From an uncultured virus (IMG/VR IMGVR_UViG_3300022516_000001) (Duplodnaviria; Heunggongvirae; Uroviricota; Caudoviricetes): a stretch of DNA of 20,000 nt. The position numbers were made by a program, and so were the translations under genes. Within the stretch, counting starts at the first letter, position 1. Each line of letters begins with the position of its first letter. Where the stretch lies: IMG/VR virus record IMGVR_UViG_3300022516_000001; one strand, written 5' to 3'. Under the pieces are notes generated by a model. It was given only the letters and a program-made list of their open reading frames with translations, made no database searches and was not told the DNA's origin. Below are positions 9,740 through 17,622 of the stretch, piece after piece.

Positions 9740-9742
9740 AGA

Positions 9743-9985
9743 ATGGAATATACAATTAAAATAGAAGAATTAATTAAAAAACCAATCATTAGAAACGATA
9801 AATTTCCAGATTTCTTAAATAAAATGACAGATGAAGAAATCAAACAATTTGAAAAAGAAGTTGCATATAATTTATCAGAAGATAATATTGAACCAAAATT
9901 TCCTGATTGGAATGCAGCATTTATGGCAAAAATAATAGATAGACATATTTTATATAATTTATTTAGTTTAGCTAATACAAAATGA
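9743..9985 (+). CDS. Hypothetical protein
   Basis: 80 aa; ATGA overlap with the helicase start. Confidence 0.7.
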   Translation: MEYTIKIEELIKKPIIRNDKFPDFLNKMTDEEIKQFEKEVAYNLSEDNIEPKFPDWNAAFMAKIIDRHILYNLFSLANTK

Positions 9986-11469
9986 GTAAAGAATTGATAA
10001 CTAATGATGATATTTTTAGTTTTTTAAATGAAGACGAAGAAGAAACAGTAGCTGATAATGAACTAATTCTTCCAAATGGTAAAAAAATTGTATTTAATGA
10101 CCAACAATTTGAAGCTATTCAAAGAATTAAGAAATGGCTAAAAGAAAAGGATAAAACATTTTTTACTCTTGAAGGACCTGCTGGTAGTGGAAAATCAACA
10201 ATTATAAAGAAAATATTAGATGATTATCGATATGGTGTTGTAGTATCAGCACCCACGCATAAGGCGACCAGAATCATTCAAAATATTACCGAAAAAGAAT
10301 CCAAAACCCTTCACTCACTTTTAGGTTTACGTCCGGATTTGGATTTAGAAAATTTTTCACCGAACTTCCCTCAATTTAATCCAATCGCTTTACCACGTAT
10401 TACATTTTATAGCCTTGTAATTTTGGATGAAAGTTCAATGGTAAATCAAGACCTTTTTAATTTAATTAAAGAAAAAACAAAAGATAGTCGAACAAAGGTA
10501 TTATTCGTAGGAGACCCACATCAGCTACCTCCGATAAATGAAAAAGAATCTGCAGTTTTTATTCAAGAAGATATTGAAAAATATATTCTCACTGAAATTA
10601 TGAGACAAGCTGACACAAATCCCATATTATTGATTGCAGATATCATAAGAAATAATTTAACGAGTATTGATGCTGGTAATTTTTCAAGAAAAACTAATAT
10701 TAATATAAATGGTGAGGGCATTATATTTACTATAGATAAAAGAGAATTCAGAAAAATGGTTTTGGAAAAATTCACATCTGAAGAATTTAATAAAGACATA
10801 AATTTTTGTCGAGGAATTGCTTGGAAAAATGAAACTGTAATGCAATCAAATAATGTTGTTAGAACCGCAATTTTTGGAAATAAAGCAGATATTATTGAAG
10901 TGAATGATGTTATTTGCGGATATCGAACAATCACAAATGATAGACAAAATCAAATAATTATTCAAAATTCTGCTGATTATCGAGTTATTGAAAAGTCTGG
11001 TTTAGAAGAAAATTCTTATGGAATTAGTGGGTATCCCGTTAAAATTCGTGAAGACCTTCCCAAAGGTAAATTTAAATTCGAAGACGTTTTTATTATTAAT
11101 ACGAATAACCACAAAAATTTACATTTATATGCACAAATGCACGATTTTTTTAAAGATTGTGCAAAATCAAATAAGAAGATGTGGAATAAATATTATGAAT
11201 TCAGGCGTAATAATTTATTAATGAAAAATATTGATAAATATCAAAATGGTAGACTTAGAAATAGTGGTGAAGTTATTGTCAAGGACCTAGATTATGGCTA
11301 TTTTTTAACTTGTCATAAAGTGCAAGGGTCTACATATCAGCATGTTACAATCATCTTAAGCGATTTTGAAGAAAATTGGGTGTTACGTGAAAAAAATCAA
11401 TTGTTTTATACTGCCCTTACAAGACCCGAATTAACTGCAACCATATTATGTAATAAAATTGATGAATAA
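9982..11469 (+). CDS. dda: Dda/RecD-like SF1B DNA helicase
   Basis: GPAGSGKS, APTHKA, TLHSLLG, DESSMV, GDPHQLPP, IMRQ, TCHKVQGSTY, YTALTR. Confidence 0.92.
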   Translation: MSKELITNDDIFSFLNEDEEETVADNELILPNGKKIVFNDQQFEAIQRIKKWLKEKDKTFFTLEGPAGSGKSTIIKKILDDYRYGVVVSAPTHKATRIIQNITEKESKTLHSLLGLRPDLDLENFSPNFPQFNPIALPRITFYSLVILDESSMVNQDLFNLIKEKTKDSRTKVLFVGDPHQLPPINEKESAVFIQEDIEKYILTEIMRQADTNPILLIADIIRNNLTSIDAGNFSRKTNININGEGIIFTIDKREFRKMVLEKFTSEEFNKDINFCRGIAWKNETVMQSNNVVRTAIFGNKADIIEVNDVICGYRTITNDRQNQIIIQNSADYRVIEKSGLEENSYGISGYPVKIREDLPKGKFKFEDVFIINTNNHKNLHLYAQMHDFFKDCAKSNKKMWNKYYEFRRNNLLMKNIDKYQNGRLRNSGEVIVKDLDYGYFLTCHKVQGSTYQHVTIILSDFEENWVLREKNQLFYTALTRPELTATILCNKIDE

Positions 11470-12303
11470 TTATAGTTTGATAATATACCAATCCTTATAT
11501 TTACCATTTTTTATTTTTTCATTTCTTCTATATGTTTCACAAAAACGTTCACGAGGTAAATTTAATTTCTTTAATTCCAATCTAATGGTATTTCTGAATT
11601 TATGAACCAATTCATTATTTTGGTTATAAATTTCATAATTATTCTTATGAATTTCACTTAATTTTTGTTTGGTTTCTTCAGAATGTTTTTTACCTAGCCA
11701 TATTTTATTTCCTAATTTTGATTTTCTTATTTTTTCTTTTGTTATGTCTGAACGTTTTTTTCCTGTATTAACAATTCTTAGTTTTTCTTTTGTTTCATTA
11801 GATGGTTTTTTATTTAATTTTATTATTCTCATCTTTTCAATACTTTCTTTAGTGTGTTTTTTACCTAAATGAAATTTTCTTAAACTTGATTTATGTTCTT
11901 TAGATATTTTTTTCCATTTATGAATTTTACTAAATTTATCTCTAGTTTCTTGTGAAACAATTCTATTCTTAGAACTATCACTAATTTTTCGTAATGATTC
12001 TTTTGAAAGTTTTATGTGGTCACCACCACTTGTTAAATTCATTCCATGTTTTGTATCAAATGTATCGTAAAACTTTATATAATATTTTTCCAAATAATTT
12101 AATTCTGGTTCTGTGCATTCATGAATTACCTCAAATTTATGCATATTCCAACCATATTTATTAATTGAACGATATATTAATAATTGTTCATAACATCTAT
12201 TATTAATATAATCATTCAATCTTCGTTTTATATTTCTCGATTGCCCGATATAAATTTTACCCGATGGTGACGTTATTTTATAAATTCCACATATTTTATT
12301 CAT
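11470..12303 (-). CDS. Free-standing GIY-YIG homing endonuclease with NUMOD3 repeats (copy 2)
   Basis: CGIYKITSPSGKIYIGQS; NUMOD3 repeats; same GKYKDWYIIKL C-terminus as copy 1; stop directly abuts the dda stop. Confidence 0.93.
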   Translation of the reverse strand: MNKICGIYKITSPSGKIYIGQSRNIKRRLNDYINNRCYEQLLIYRSINKYGWNMHKFEVIHECTEPELNYLEKYYIKFYDTFDTKHGMNLTSGGDHIKLSKESLRKISDSSKNRIVSQETRDKFSKIHKWKKISKEHKSSLRKFHLGKKHTKESIEKMRIIKLNKKPSNETKEKLRIVNTGKKRSDITKEKIRKSKLGNKIWLGKKHSEETKQKLSEIHKNNYEIYNQNNELVHKFRNTIRLELKKLNLPRERFCETYRRNEKIKNGKYKDWYIIKL

Positions 12304-12448
12304 ATTTTATATCACTTTTCATTTTTTGATTTACTAAGTCCAAAATTAATTGTGTAACTGTAGTAAAGTTATTTTTTGCAGTATCACGTAAATACTTCAG
12401 TTGTTCTGACGGTATTCTTAATGAATACATTTCTTTATTTGCTTTCAT
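12296..12448 (-). CDS. 50-aa ribbon-helix-helix-like DNA-binding protein (copy 2)
   Basis: MKANKEMYSLRIPSEQLKYLRDTAKNNFTTVTQLILDLVNQKMKSDIKYE; same length and same 8-nt overlap as 7711-7863. Confidence 0.8.
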   Translation of the reverse strand: MKANKEMYSLRIPSEQLKYLRDTAKNNFTTVTQLILDLVNQKMKSDIKYE

Positions 12449-12450
12449 GG

Positions 12451-12493
12451 TATATATATTGTATAGATAAATACAAATTAGTTTTGGAAAAGT
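12451..12493 (-). promoter_or_regulatory. GTATTTAT promoter motif with imperfect palindrome
   Basis: Minus strand reads ACTTTTCCAAAACTAATTTGTATTTATCTATACAATATATATA before ATG 12448. Confidence 0.5.
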
Positions 12494-12504
12494 ATTGTAA
12501 TTAT

Positions 12505-12531
12505 GCAACAATTTAAATAATTTTTCGTAAT
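12505..12531 (+). promoter_or_regulatory. ECF-sigma-like promoter GCAAC-N16-CGTA
   Basis: GCAAC 12505-12509, CGTAAT from 12526; same spacing as at 18753 and 19545. Confidence 0.45.
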
Positions 12532-12557
12532 ATTGTATAATATTTAATATTTTCGAT

Positions 12558-12848
12558 ATGGAAACTCAATTTAACGGAAATTTTGGTTTATTTAAGATTG
12601 ATAAGATTGTAAAAAGAAACAATTTTTATGAAATTAGATTTCAGAATACCAATAAAAGACTTGCTTGTGTTAATCTACATAGTTTTGTTGATAACAATAG
12701 CATTGCTAAATCTGTGATTGATTTAAAATCCGGTGATGAAATTTGGATTGACATATCGGCATATACCGCAGATAAATCATTATATAATCATAATCCGTTT
12801 GGAAGTGTTGGTACGTATAAAAGAGCAGTAAAATATAACAAAAATTGA
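12558..12848 (+). CDS. Hypothetical protein
   Basis: 96 aa ORF. Confidence 0.7.
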   Translation: METQFNGNFGLFKIDKIVKRNNFYEIRFQNTNKRLACVNLHSFVDNNSIAKSVIDLKSGDEIWIDISAYTADKSLYNHNPFGSVGTYKRAVKYNKN

Positions 12849-13030
12849 TGAATAACATAGCATTATATTTAAATGAAAAACAATATATTTTTCTGGAAAA
12901 AATGGGATTTGATAGAAGGATTATTAATATCTTAATATCTAAATATGATAAAGATAAATTTGATTCTTTTTCAAAAAAAATTAATGAAATTATAATAATG
13001 GAAGAAGATATACGAAAACTATTAAAATAG
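12848..13030 (+). CDS. Hypothetical protein
   Basis: TGATG coupling with the upstream gene; 60 aa. Confidence 0.6.
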   Translation: MNNIALYLNEKQYIFLEKMGFDRRIINILISKYDKDKFDSFSKKINEIIIMEEDIRKLLK

Positions 13031-13036
13031 ATTAAA

Positions 13037-13561
13037 ATGGAACGAATAACGGATAAATACGTATTTTTTTATAAGTCCAGAATATCAAATTGGCATATAT
13101 GTCAATTTAAATATAAAGGAATTACTTTTTTTAACACAGAACAAGCATTCATGTGGGAAAAAGCTGTTTTCTTTGGTGATATGGAAACAGCAAAAAAAAT
13201 AGTTGAAACACCAGAACCAAGAGAAAATAAAGCATTGGGTCGTATGGTTAAAAATTTTAATACTGAAAAATGGATGATTGCTTGTTTTGATATAATGGTA
13301 GCTGTTAATTATGCTAAATTTAGTCAAGATAAACGCTCAAAAGAATTACTATTATCAACTAGTGATAAAATATTGGTTGAAACAAATCCAAATGATTCTG
13401 TATGGGGAATTGGATTGCATTGGAGTAATGATGATGTGCTTGATGAAACTAAATGGCAAGGTATGAATCTTTTAGGCAAAGCGTTAATGGAAGTACGGAA
13501 ACAAGTAAAACAAGAAAAAAATGAAATCGGAAACTCTCAAAATAATATGGAAAATAATTAG
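13037..13561 (+). CDS. NADAR (YbiA-like) family protein
   Basis: SNWH, TEQAFMWEKAVFFGD, KALGRMVKNF, AKFSQ, LVETNPNDSVWGIG, WQGMNLLGKALMEVR. Confidence 0.93.
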   Translation: MERITDKYVFFYKSRISNWHICQFKYKGITFFNTEQAFMWEKAVFFGDMETAKKIVETPEPRENKALGRMVKNFNTEKWMIACFDIMVAVNYAKFSQDKRSKELLLSTSDKILVETNPNDSVWGIGLHWSNDDVLDETKWQGMNLLGKALMEVRKQVKQEKNEIGNSQNNMENN

Positions 13562-13787
13562 AAAAGCAACACCAAAAGTAAGAATAAAAAAAACATATTA
13601 TTCATATATTGCAGAAAATGAAAAACATAAGCATAAATTAAAAGCATTTGAAGGTTCTGTTTTATTTGAAATGTTAGAAAAAACTGTTGTTTCATCTAAA
13701 ACAAGATATGAAAAATTTATTCTTGTTGATGGTATCTATAGTAATAATAATAAATTAATATATGTGACAAATTTTAGAATAATGTAA
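13521..13787 (+). CDS. Hypothetical protein
   Basis: 88 aa basic ORF overlapping the NADAR 3' end by 41 nt. Confidence 0.55.
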   Translation: MKSETLKIIWKIIRKATPKVRIKKTYYSYIAENEKHKHKLKAFEGSVLFEMLEKTVVSSKTRYEKFILVDGIYSNNNKLIYVTNFRIM

Positions 13788-13868
13788 CAAAGATATACTA
13801 TTGAAACTTCATGTGGTCGAAACGAAATACAGCGTCTGGAAATCTGAATTGTTGTTCACTGCATGAAG
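13786..13868 (+). ncRNA. Degenerate type I hammerhead-ribozyme-like element with loop II pseudoknot
   Basis: CTATTGA (consensus CTGANGA), stem II AACT/GGTC, GAAA, stem III ACG/CGT, C; stem I AACAA-AGAT / ATCT-TTGTT; CTTCATG (13807-13813) complementary to CATGAAG (13862-13868). Confidence 0.4.
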
Positions 13869-13938
13869 CAATAATCATAATGTACCAGAAGAAACTATTA
13901 ATAAGATGGTTAATCGTTTCGAAATAAAGTTGAAATAA
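13867..13938 (+). pseudogene. C-terminal remnant of AAA_33/N4BP2-like P-loop kinase
   Basis: SNNHNVPEETINKMVNRFEIKLK*; preceded by in-frame TGA; TAATG-coupled to the HD gene. Confidence 0.6.
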
Positions 13939-14495
13939 TGAACGAATTAATTAAAAATATCGTGAAACCTGAAAACGGCATCGAGATTGCAATAATCTCT
14001 GATGCTGTTTTTATTCAAGGTGCAAATCATGGTCGCCCAAGAAGTGGACATCCAGAAGGTCAGGTTATTTATCATATTAAAGAAGTATTAGAAAACATTG
14101 ATAAATTTTATGCTGATGATGAAGACCGTCAGGATTTACGTTTAATTGCAATAGTTCACGATACTTTTAAACATAAAGTTGACAATACAAAACCAAAAGT
14201 GGGTGATAATCATCATGGTAAAATTGCCGAAATATTTGCTGAAAAATATTGCAATAATACTAAAATACTTCAAGTTATTCAATCACATGATGAAGCATAT
14301 AATGCATGGTCACAAGGTGGAAGACATGGCGATTGGTATAAGGCAAAAAGACGTGCTGAAAAACTTATTGGTGATTTAAATTTACTTGATTGTTTAGACC
14401 TTTATATAAAATTTTATCGTTGTGATAATGCAACAGGTGATAAATCAAATGAAAGTTATGAATGGTTTAAAAAACTAATTGAAGAGAAATGTTAA
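13938..14495 (+). CDS. HD-domain phosphohydrolase
   Basis: HPEGQVIYH, AIVHDTFK, NHHG, IQSHD, CD. Confidence 0.85.
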   Translation: MNELIKNIVKPENGIEIAIISDAVFIQGANHGRPRSGHPEGQVIYHIKEVLENIDKFYADDEDRQDLRLIAIVHDTFKHKVDNTKPKVGDNHHGKIAEIFAEKYCNNTKILQVIQSHDEAYNAWSQGGRHGDWYKAKRRAEKLIGDLNLLDCLDLYIKFYRCDNATGDKSNESYEWFKKLIEEKC

Positions 14496-15052
14496 TAATT
14501 TATTTAATAATAATTGCGTTATTACTAATAAGTGTTTTTATTTTTTTCTATGGTAGAATTAAAAAAATAATCACTTCAATTATTAATAAAAGAATTTATA
14601 AAAAATATTCTATTGGTTCATATGTATTATCGGATTATGAAAAAAAATTAATTATTAAAAACAGAAATATTTTATCAGAAAATCGTGTATCAATTAATAA
14701 AATCAGATTTGTATTTACTCCCATATTTCAATATGATATTGAAACAGATATTATAAATCCACGATATGATGTAATGATACCAATGCTTGGTGGATATGTA
14801 GATAAAAAATCACCAATCATCAGTGTTAATAAACCACATCATTTACTTAGTATTATAACAAAATTTTGGCAAAATAATGATAATTTTGCCAATTTAAAAC
14901 GAATATTAAAACATTGTAAAAAAGGTGTTGTTATTATGATTGCCAATAAAGAATGTTATGAATATAATGTTGATGATGAATATATTCAAATGGCAATTTT
15001 AGATGATGAAATTGAAAAGTATAATCAAAATAATGAAAATTATGGAAACTAA
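14489..15052 (+). CDS. Hypothetical protein with N-terminal TM anchor
   Basis: MLIIYLIIIALLLISVFIFFY hydrophobic start. Confidence 0.7.
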   Translation: MLIIYLIIIALLLISVFIFFYGRIKKIITSIINKRIYKKYSIGSYVLSDYEKKLIIKNRNILSENRVSINKIRFVFTPIFQYDIETDIINPRYDVMIPMLGGYVDKKSPIISVNKPHHLLSIITKFWQNNDNFANLKRILKHCKKGVVIMIANKECYEYNVDDEYIQMAILDDEIEKYNQNNENYGN

Positions 15053-15332
15053 AAATTTATCATTATCCGAGCCAAAAATAGAAATTGATAATGTACCACT
15101 TGCAGAAGTTGAATTTACTAACGATTTCAGACCAAAATGTGGTAAGATTCAATATCCCTCATTTAGGGATGCTCAAGAAGCTATTAATTCTGGTAAAAAA
15201 CATAGAAGATATCTTCATGGTCAAAGAATGAATAGAAGAATGGGAAAAAAAGATATACGACCCGTAAGAAGCTATAAATGTGATGAATGTGGTTTTTGGC
15301 ATTTAACAAGTCATCCTGATTATAATGAATAA
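15042..15332 (+). CDS. Small phage zinc-finger protein
   Basis: CGKIQYPS...RSYKCDECGFWHLTS; start at ATG 15042 preferred because it gives a short overlap. Confidence 0.75.
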   Translation: METKNLSLSEPKIEIDNVPLAEVEFTNDFRPKCGKIQYPSFRDAQEAINSGKKHRRYLHGQRMNRRMGKKDIRPVRSYKCDECGFWHLTSHPDYNE

Positions 15333-15344
15333 TATAAAGATTCA

Positions 15345-15490
15345 TATTCCCTTAATATAATGCATATGGACTACCTAAAATAATTAGGCTTCTTAACTTA
15401 TGCTAAGAATTTTGGACGTTTCATCGATTGTGCCCGTTATAACAGGTCTTATTTGGTCTCCACGTCTGTTATCGTCAGTCCCTGACGATT
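15345..15490 (-). ncRNA. Probable TnpB omegaRNA (reRNA) with flanking guide; boundaries approximate
   Basis: Relatively GC-rich 3' end of tnpB running into the terminal hairpin; by family knowledge the guide is the flank beyond ~15366 (ATGCATTATATTAAGG...). Confidence 0.5.
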
Positions 15491-16694
15491 TGTTATTGTC
15501 AATATTATTTGTTAAATCATTAAGTAATATTTTCTGACCTTCTTTTAATATGTTTTTTGCAGCATTTATATCCCTATCATGAACAATACCACATTTAGGA
15601 CACTTCCATTCTCTAATAGAAAGATTTAAGTCTTGATTTATATAGCCACAAATATGACATGTTTTACTTGAAGGATAAAATCTATTAATTTTAACAATTT
15701 GTTTATCATTCCAATTGGCTTTATAATTAAGCATTTCAACAAAAGTACCCCAACTAGCATTTGATATAGATTTATTAAGTCCTGATTTTGCTGATTGACC
15801 ATTGGATAAATACTTACCATTTTTGTCTTGTTTTGGCTTGCATCTTGTTGACATACCTTTAATATTAAGGTCTTCTAAACAAATTATGTCATATTTTTTA
15901 ATTAGGTCAGTACTTACTTTATGTAGATTATCTACACGAGAATTGGTTATCTTCTTGTATATTTTAACCACTTTCAATCTTTGTTGTTCAAATTTTTTCG
16001 AATTTTTTGTTTTTTTTGATAAATGTTGTTGTGCTTTTTTTAATTTCTTTTCATATTGTTTAGTATATTTATTGTTTTTATATTTAAATCCTTCTGATGT
16101 TATTGCAAAATCTTTTAATCCCAAATCTATTCCAATACTTTTATTAGTTTTAGGTAATTTAACATGTTCGGTTTCAACTAAAATACTAACAAAATATTCA
16201 TTAGTTGGTGTTTTGGTTATTGTGCATTGTTTTATAATTCCCTTAAATTTCCTATCAATAATAACACCAATTCCTCCTTTAAATTTACGTATATATAGTT
16301 TATTATTAATTAATTTTACTGCTTGAGGAACGCAAAAACTATTTTTATTGTGTTTAGATTTAAAATTTGGAAACTTTGTCCTACCTTTAAAAAATCCATT
16401 ATATGCTCCATCAAGATGTTTAAGAGACTGTTGTAAAGATTGTGCACAAATTTCATTAAGCCAAATATATTCATTTGAATGCTTTAATTCGGTTAATGCT
16501 TTTGTATTATCATAATAATTAAGTGTTTGATTATTAGTTTCATATTCTTTTTTACGTTCATTGAGAAAATAATTATAAATAAATCTAATACAGCCAAAAT
16601 GTTTATTTAATAAAATAATTTGGTTATTATCCGGTTTTAGTTTATATTTGTATAATTTTAACATTTATACTATTCTCTTATTTAGTATAAATAC
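15366..16694 (-). mobile_element. Non-autonomous IS200/IS605-family (IS1341-like) tnpB-only element
   Basis: tnpB plus right-end signature GAAGCCTAA-TTATT-TTAGGTAGTCCAT on the - strand; no tnpA; left boundary not defined. Confidence 0.7.
15393..16664 (-). CDS. tnpB: RNA-guided endonuclease TnpB
   Basis: HFGCIRFIYNYFL, FPNFKSK, RuvC D (GIDLGLK), E (CLEDLN), D (HDRDINAA), Zn ribbon CHICG/CPKCG. Confidence 0.96.
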   Translation of the reverse strand: MLKLYKYKLKPDNNQIILLNKHFGCIRFIYNYFLNERKKEYETNNQTLNYYDNTKALTELKHSNEYIWLNEICAQSLQQSLKHLDGAYNGFFKGRTKFPNFKSKHNKNSFCVPQAVKLINNKLYIRKFKGGIGVIIDRKFKGIIKQCTITKTPTNEYFVSILVETEHVKLPKTNKSIGIDLGLKDFAITSEGFKYKNNKYTKQYEKKLKKAQQHLSKKTKNSKKFEQQRLKVVKIYKKITNSRVDNLHKVSTDLIKKYDIICLEDLNIKGMSTRCKPKQDKNGKYLSNGQSAKSGLNKSISNASWGTFVEMLNYKANWNDKQIVKINRFYPSSKTCHICGYINQDLNLSIREWKCPKCGIVHDRDINAAKNILKEGQKILLNDLTNNIDNNKSSGTDDNRRGDQIRPVITGTIDETSKILSIS

Positions 16695-16713
16695 TTAAAT
16701 ATTTTGAAAAGTT
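16663..16713 (-). promoter_or_regulatory. GTATTTATA promoter motif and 10-bp inverted repeat at tnpB start
   Basis: Minus strand ACTTTTCAAAATATTTAAGTATTTATA; ATTTATACTA (16663-16672) / TAGTATAAAT (16683-16692). Confidence 0.5.
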
Positions 16714-16741
16714 ATTTATTTTATAAAAAAAATTTAGTAAT

Positions 16742-17104
16742 ATGAGTAGATTAAGAAATCAATATTTTATGTATGGTATTTTAGTTTCGTATAGCGAATA
16801 CAAAGAACGAAAAGAGAATCGATTAAAATATTCTAAATTTAATATTGCTAATTTTATTGATGAAGATACTATTGTTTTTAGTGATGGTGATATAATAAGT
16901 AATGAAATTCATGGTATTTTTACTGGTCGTGATGGTGAGTTTGTTATTGTAGGTAAAATGTTAAAAAGTATTGATAAGTATAATAAAGAACCACTTATTG
17001 TCCCGGAATTATCTCAAACCGATGAAATTATTGTCAGAACTTCAGTGGAAAATAGTTATGGTTTTAAAGGAGATTTTCATTATTATTTTGTGAACCACCC
17101 ATAA
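16742..17104 (+). CDS. Hypothetical protein
   Basis: 120 aa; last codons overlap an IS right-end remnant. Confidence 0.75.
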   Translation: MSRLRNQYFMYGILVSYSEYKERKENRLKYSKFNIANFIDEDTIVFSDGDIISNEIHGIFTGRDGEFVIVGKMLKSIDKYNKEPLIVPELSQTDEIIVRTSVENSYGFKGDFHYYFVNHP

Positions 17105-17123
17105 TTAGGTTACTTAATTTATG
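17090..17123 (-). mobile_element. Orphan IS200/IS605 tnpB right-end remnant
   Basis: Minus strand CATAAATTAAGTAACCTAATTATGGGTGGTTCAC; 27 of 34 aligned positions identical to 15366-15402; ends in canonical TCAC. Confidence 0.65.
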
Positions 17124-17164
17124 TTTCGAAAAAATTTAACTATTTTAAATAATAATTTTTCATT

Positions 17165-17557
17165 ATGCAAGTAAAACCACGATTCGAATTTTTTAAAATC
17201 ATTGAACAATATTTTATATTAAAAGATGATACTAATAATGATATTTGTTTAACACTTTTAGAAGTCAAATTACATGATAGTAAATTTGAAATAATGGAAT
17301 CTACATATAAATTTTGGACTATTGTTGGAAAAACACAAATATCTTGGGGTAATAAAAATAGTGATAAAACACCTATTTCATATGATGAAACTGCTTATTG
17401 GAAGTCTAAAGAAAGAAATAATTTATTTAAAGGTGAAATTCATGGATTTTTTATTGAAGAAATAAAAAATGGTTTTCATAATATGTTCTTAACAAAATTT
17501 CCTCCAGATGAACAAGAATTTGGACTAAGAACCCAATTTAATTTTAAAAAAATTTAA
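17165..17557 (+). CDS. Hypothetical protein
   Basis: 130 aa ORF. Confidence 0.7.
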   Translation: MQVKPRFEFFKIIEQYFILKDDTNNDICLTLLEVKLHDSKFEIMESTYKFWTIVGKTQISWGNKNSDKTPISYDETAYWKSKERNNLFKGEIHGFFIEEIKNGFHNMFLTKFPPDEQEFGLRTQFNFKKI

Positions 17558-17574
17558 ATAATTTTTTATTATTG

Positions 17575-17605
17575 TTGCATTTCTTTAAAAAATCAAATAT
17601 ATTTG
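17575..17605 (+). promoter_or_regulatory. Bacteroidota-type promoter
   Basis: TTGC at 17575, TATATTTG at 17598-17605. Confidence 0.65.
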
Positions 17606-17622
17606 TATTTAAATTAAAAATT

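Noticed and set aside
6860..12303. Group I introns or inteins hosting the GIY-YIG genes
   Set aside because: Flanking genes are complete (dda has all motifs through YTALTR), the nucleases are antisense and intergenic, and there is no room for an intron core.
12861..12870. GCATTATATT as a target of the TnpB guide
   Set aside because: Only a 10-nt AT-rich match, not anchored at the guide start; expected by chance.
15802..16326. 174-aa + strand ORF and other shadow ORFs (9-347, 1433-1645, 3137-3418, 10563-10934, 11669-11872, 18268-18561, 19192-19401, etc.)
   Set aside because: Antisense or off-frame overlaps of well-supported genes, with no motifs.
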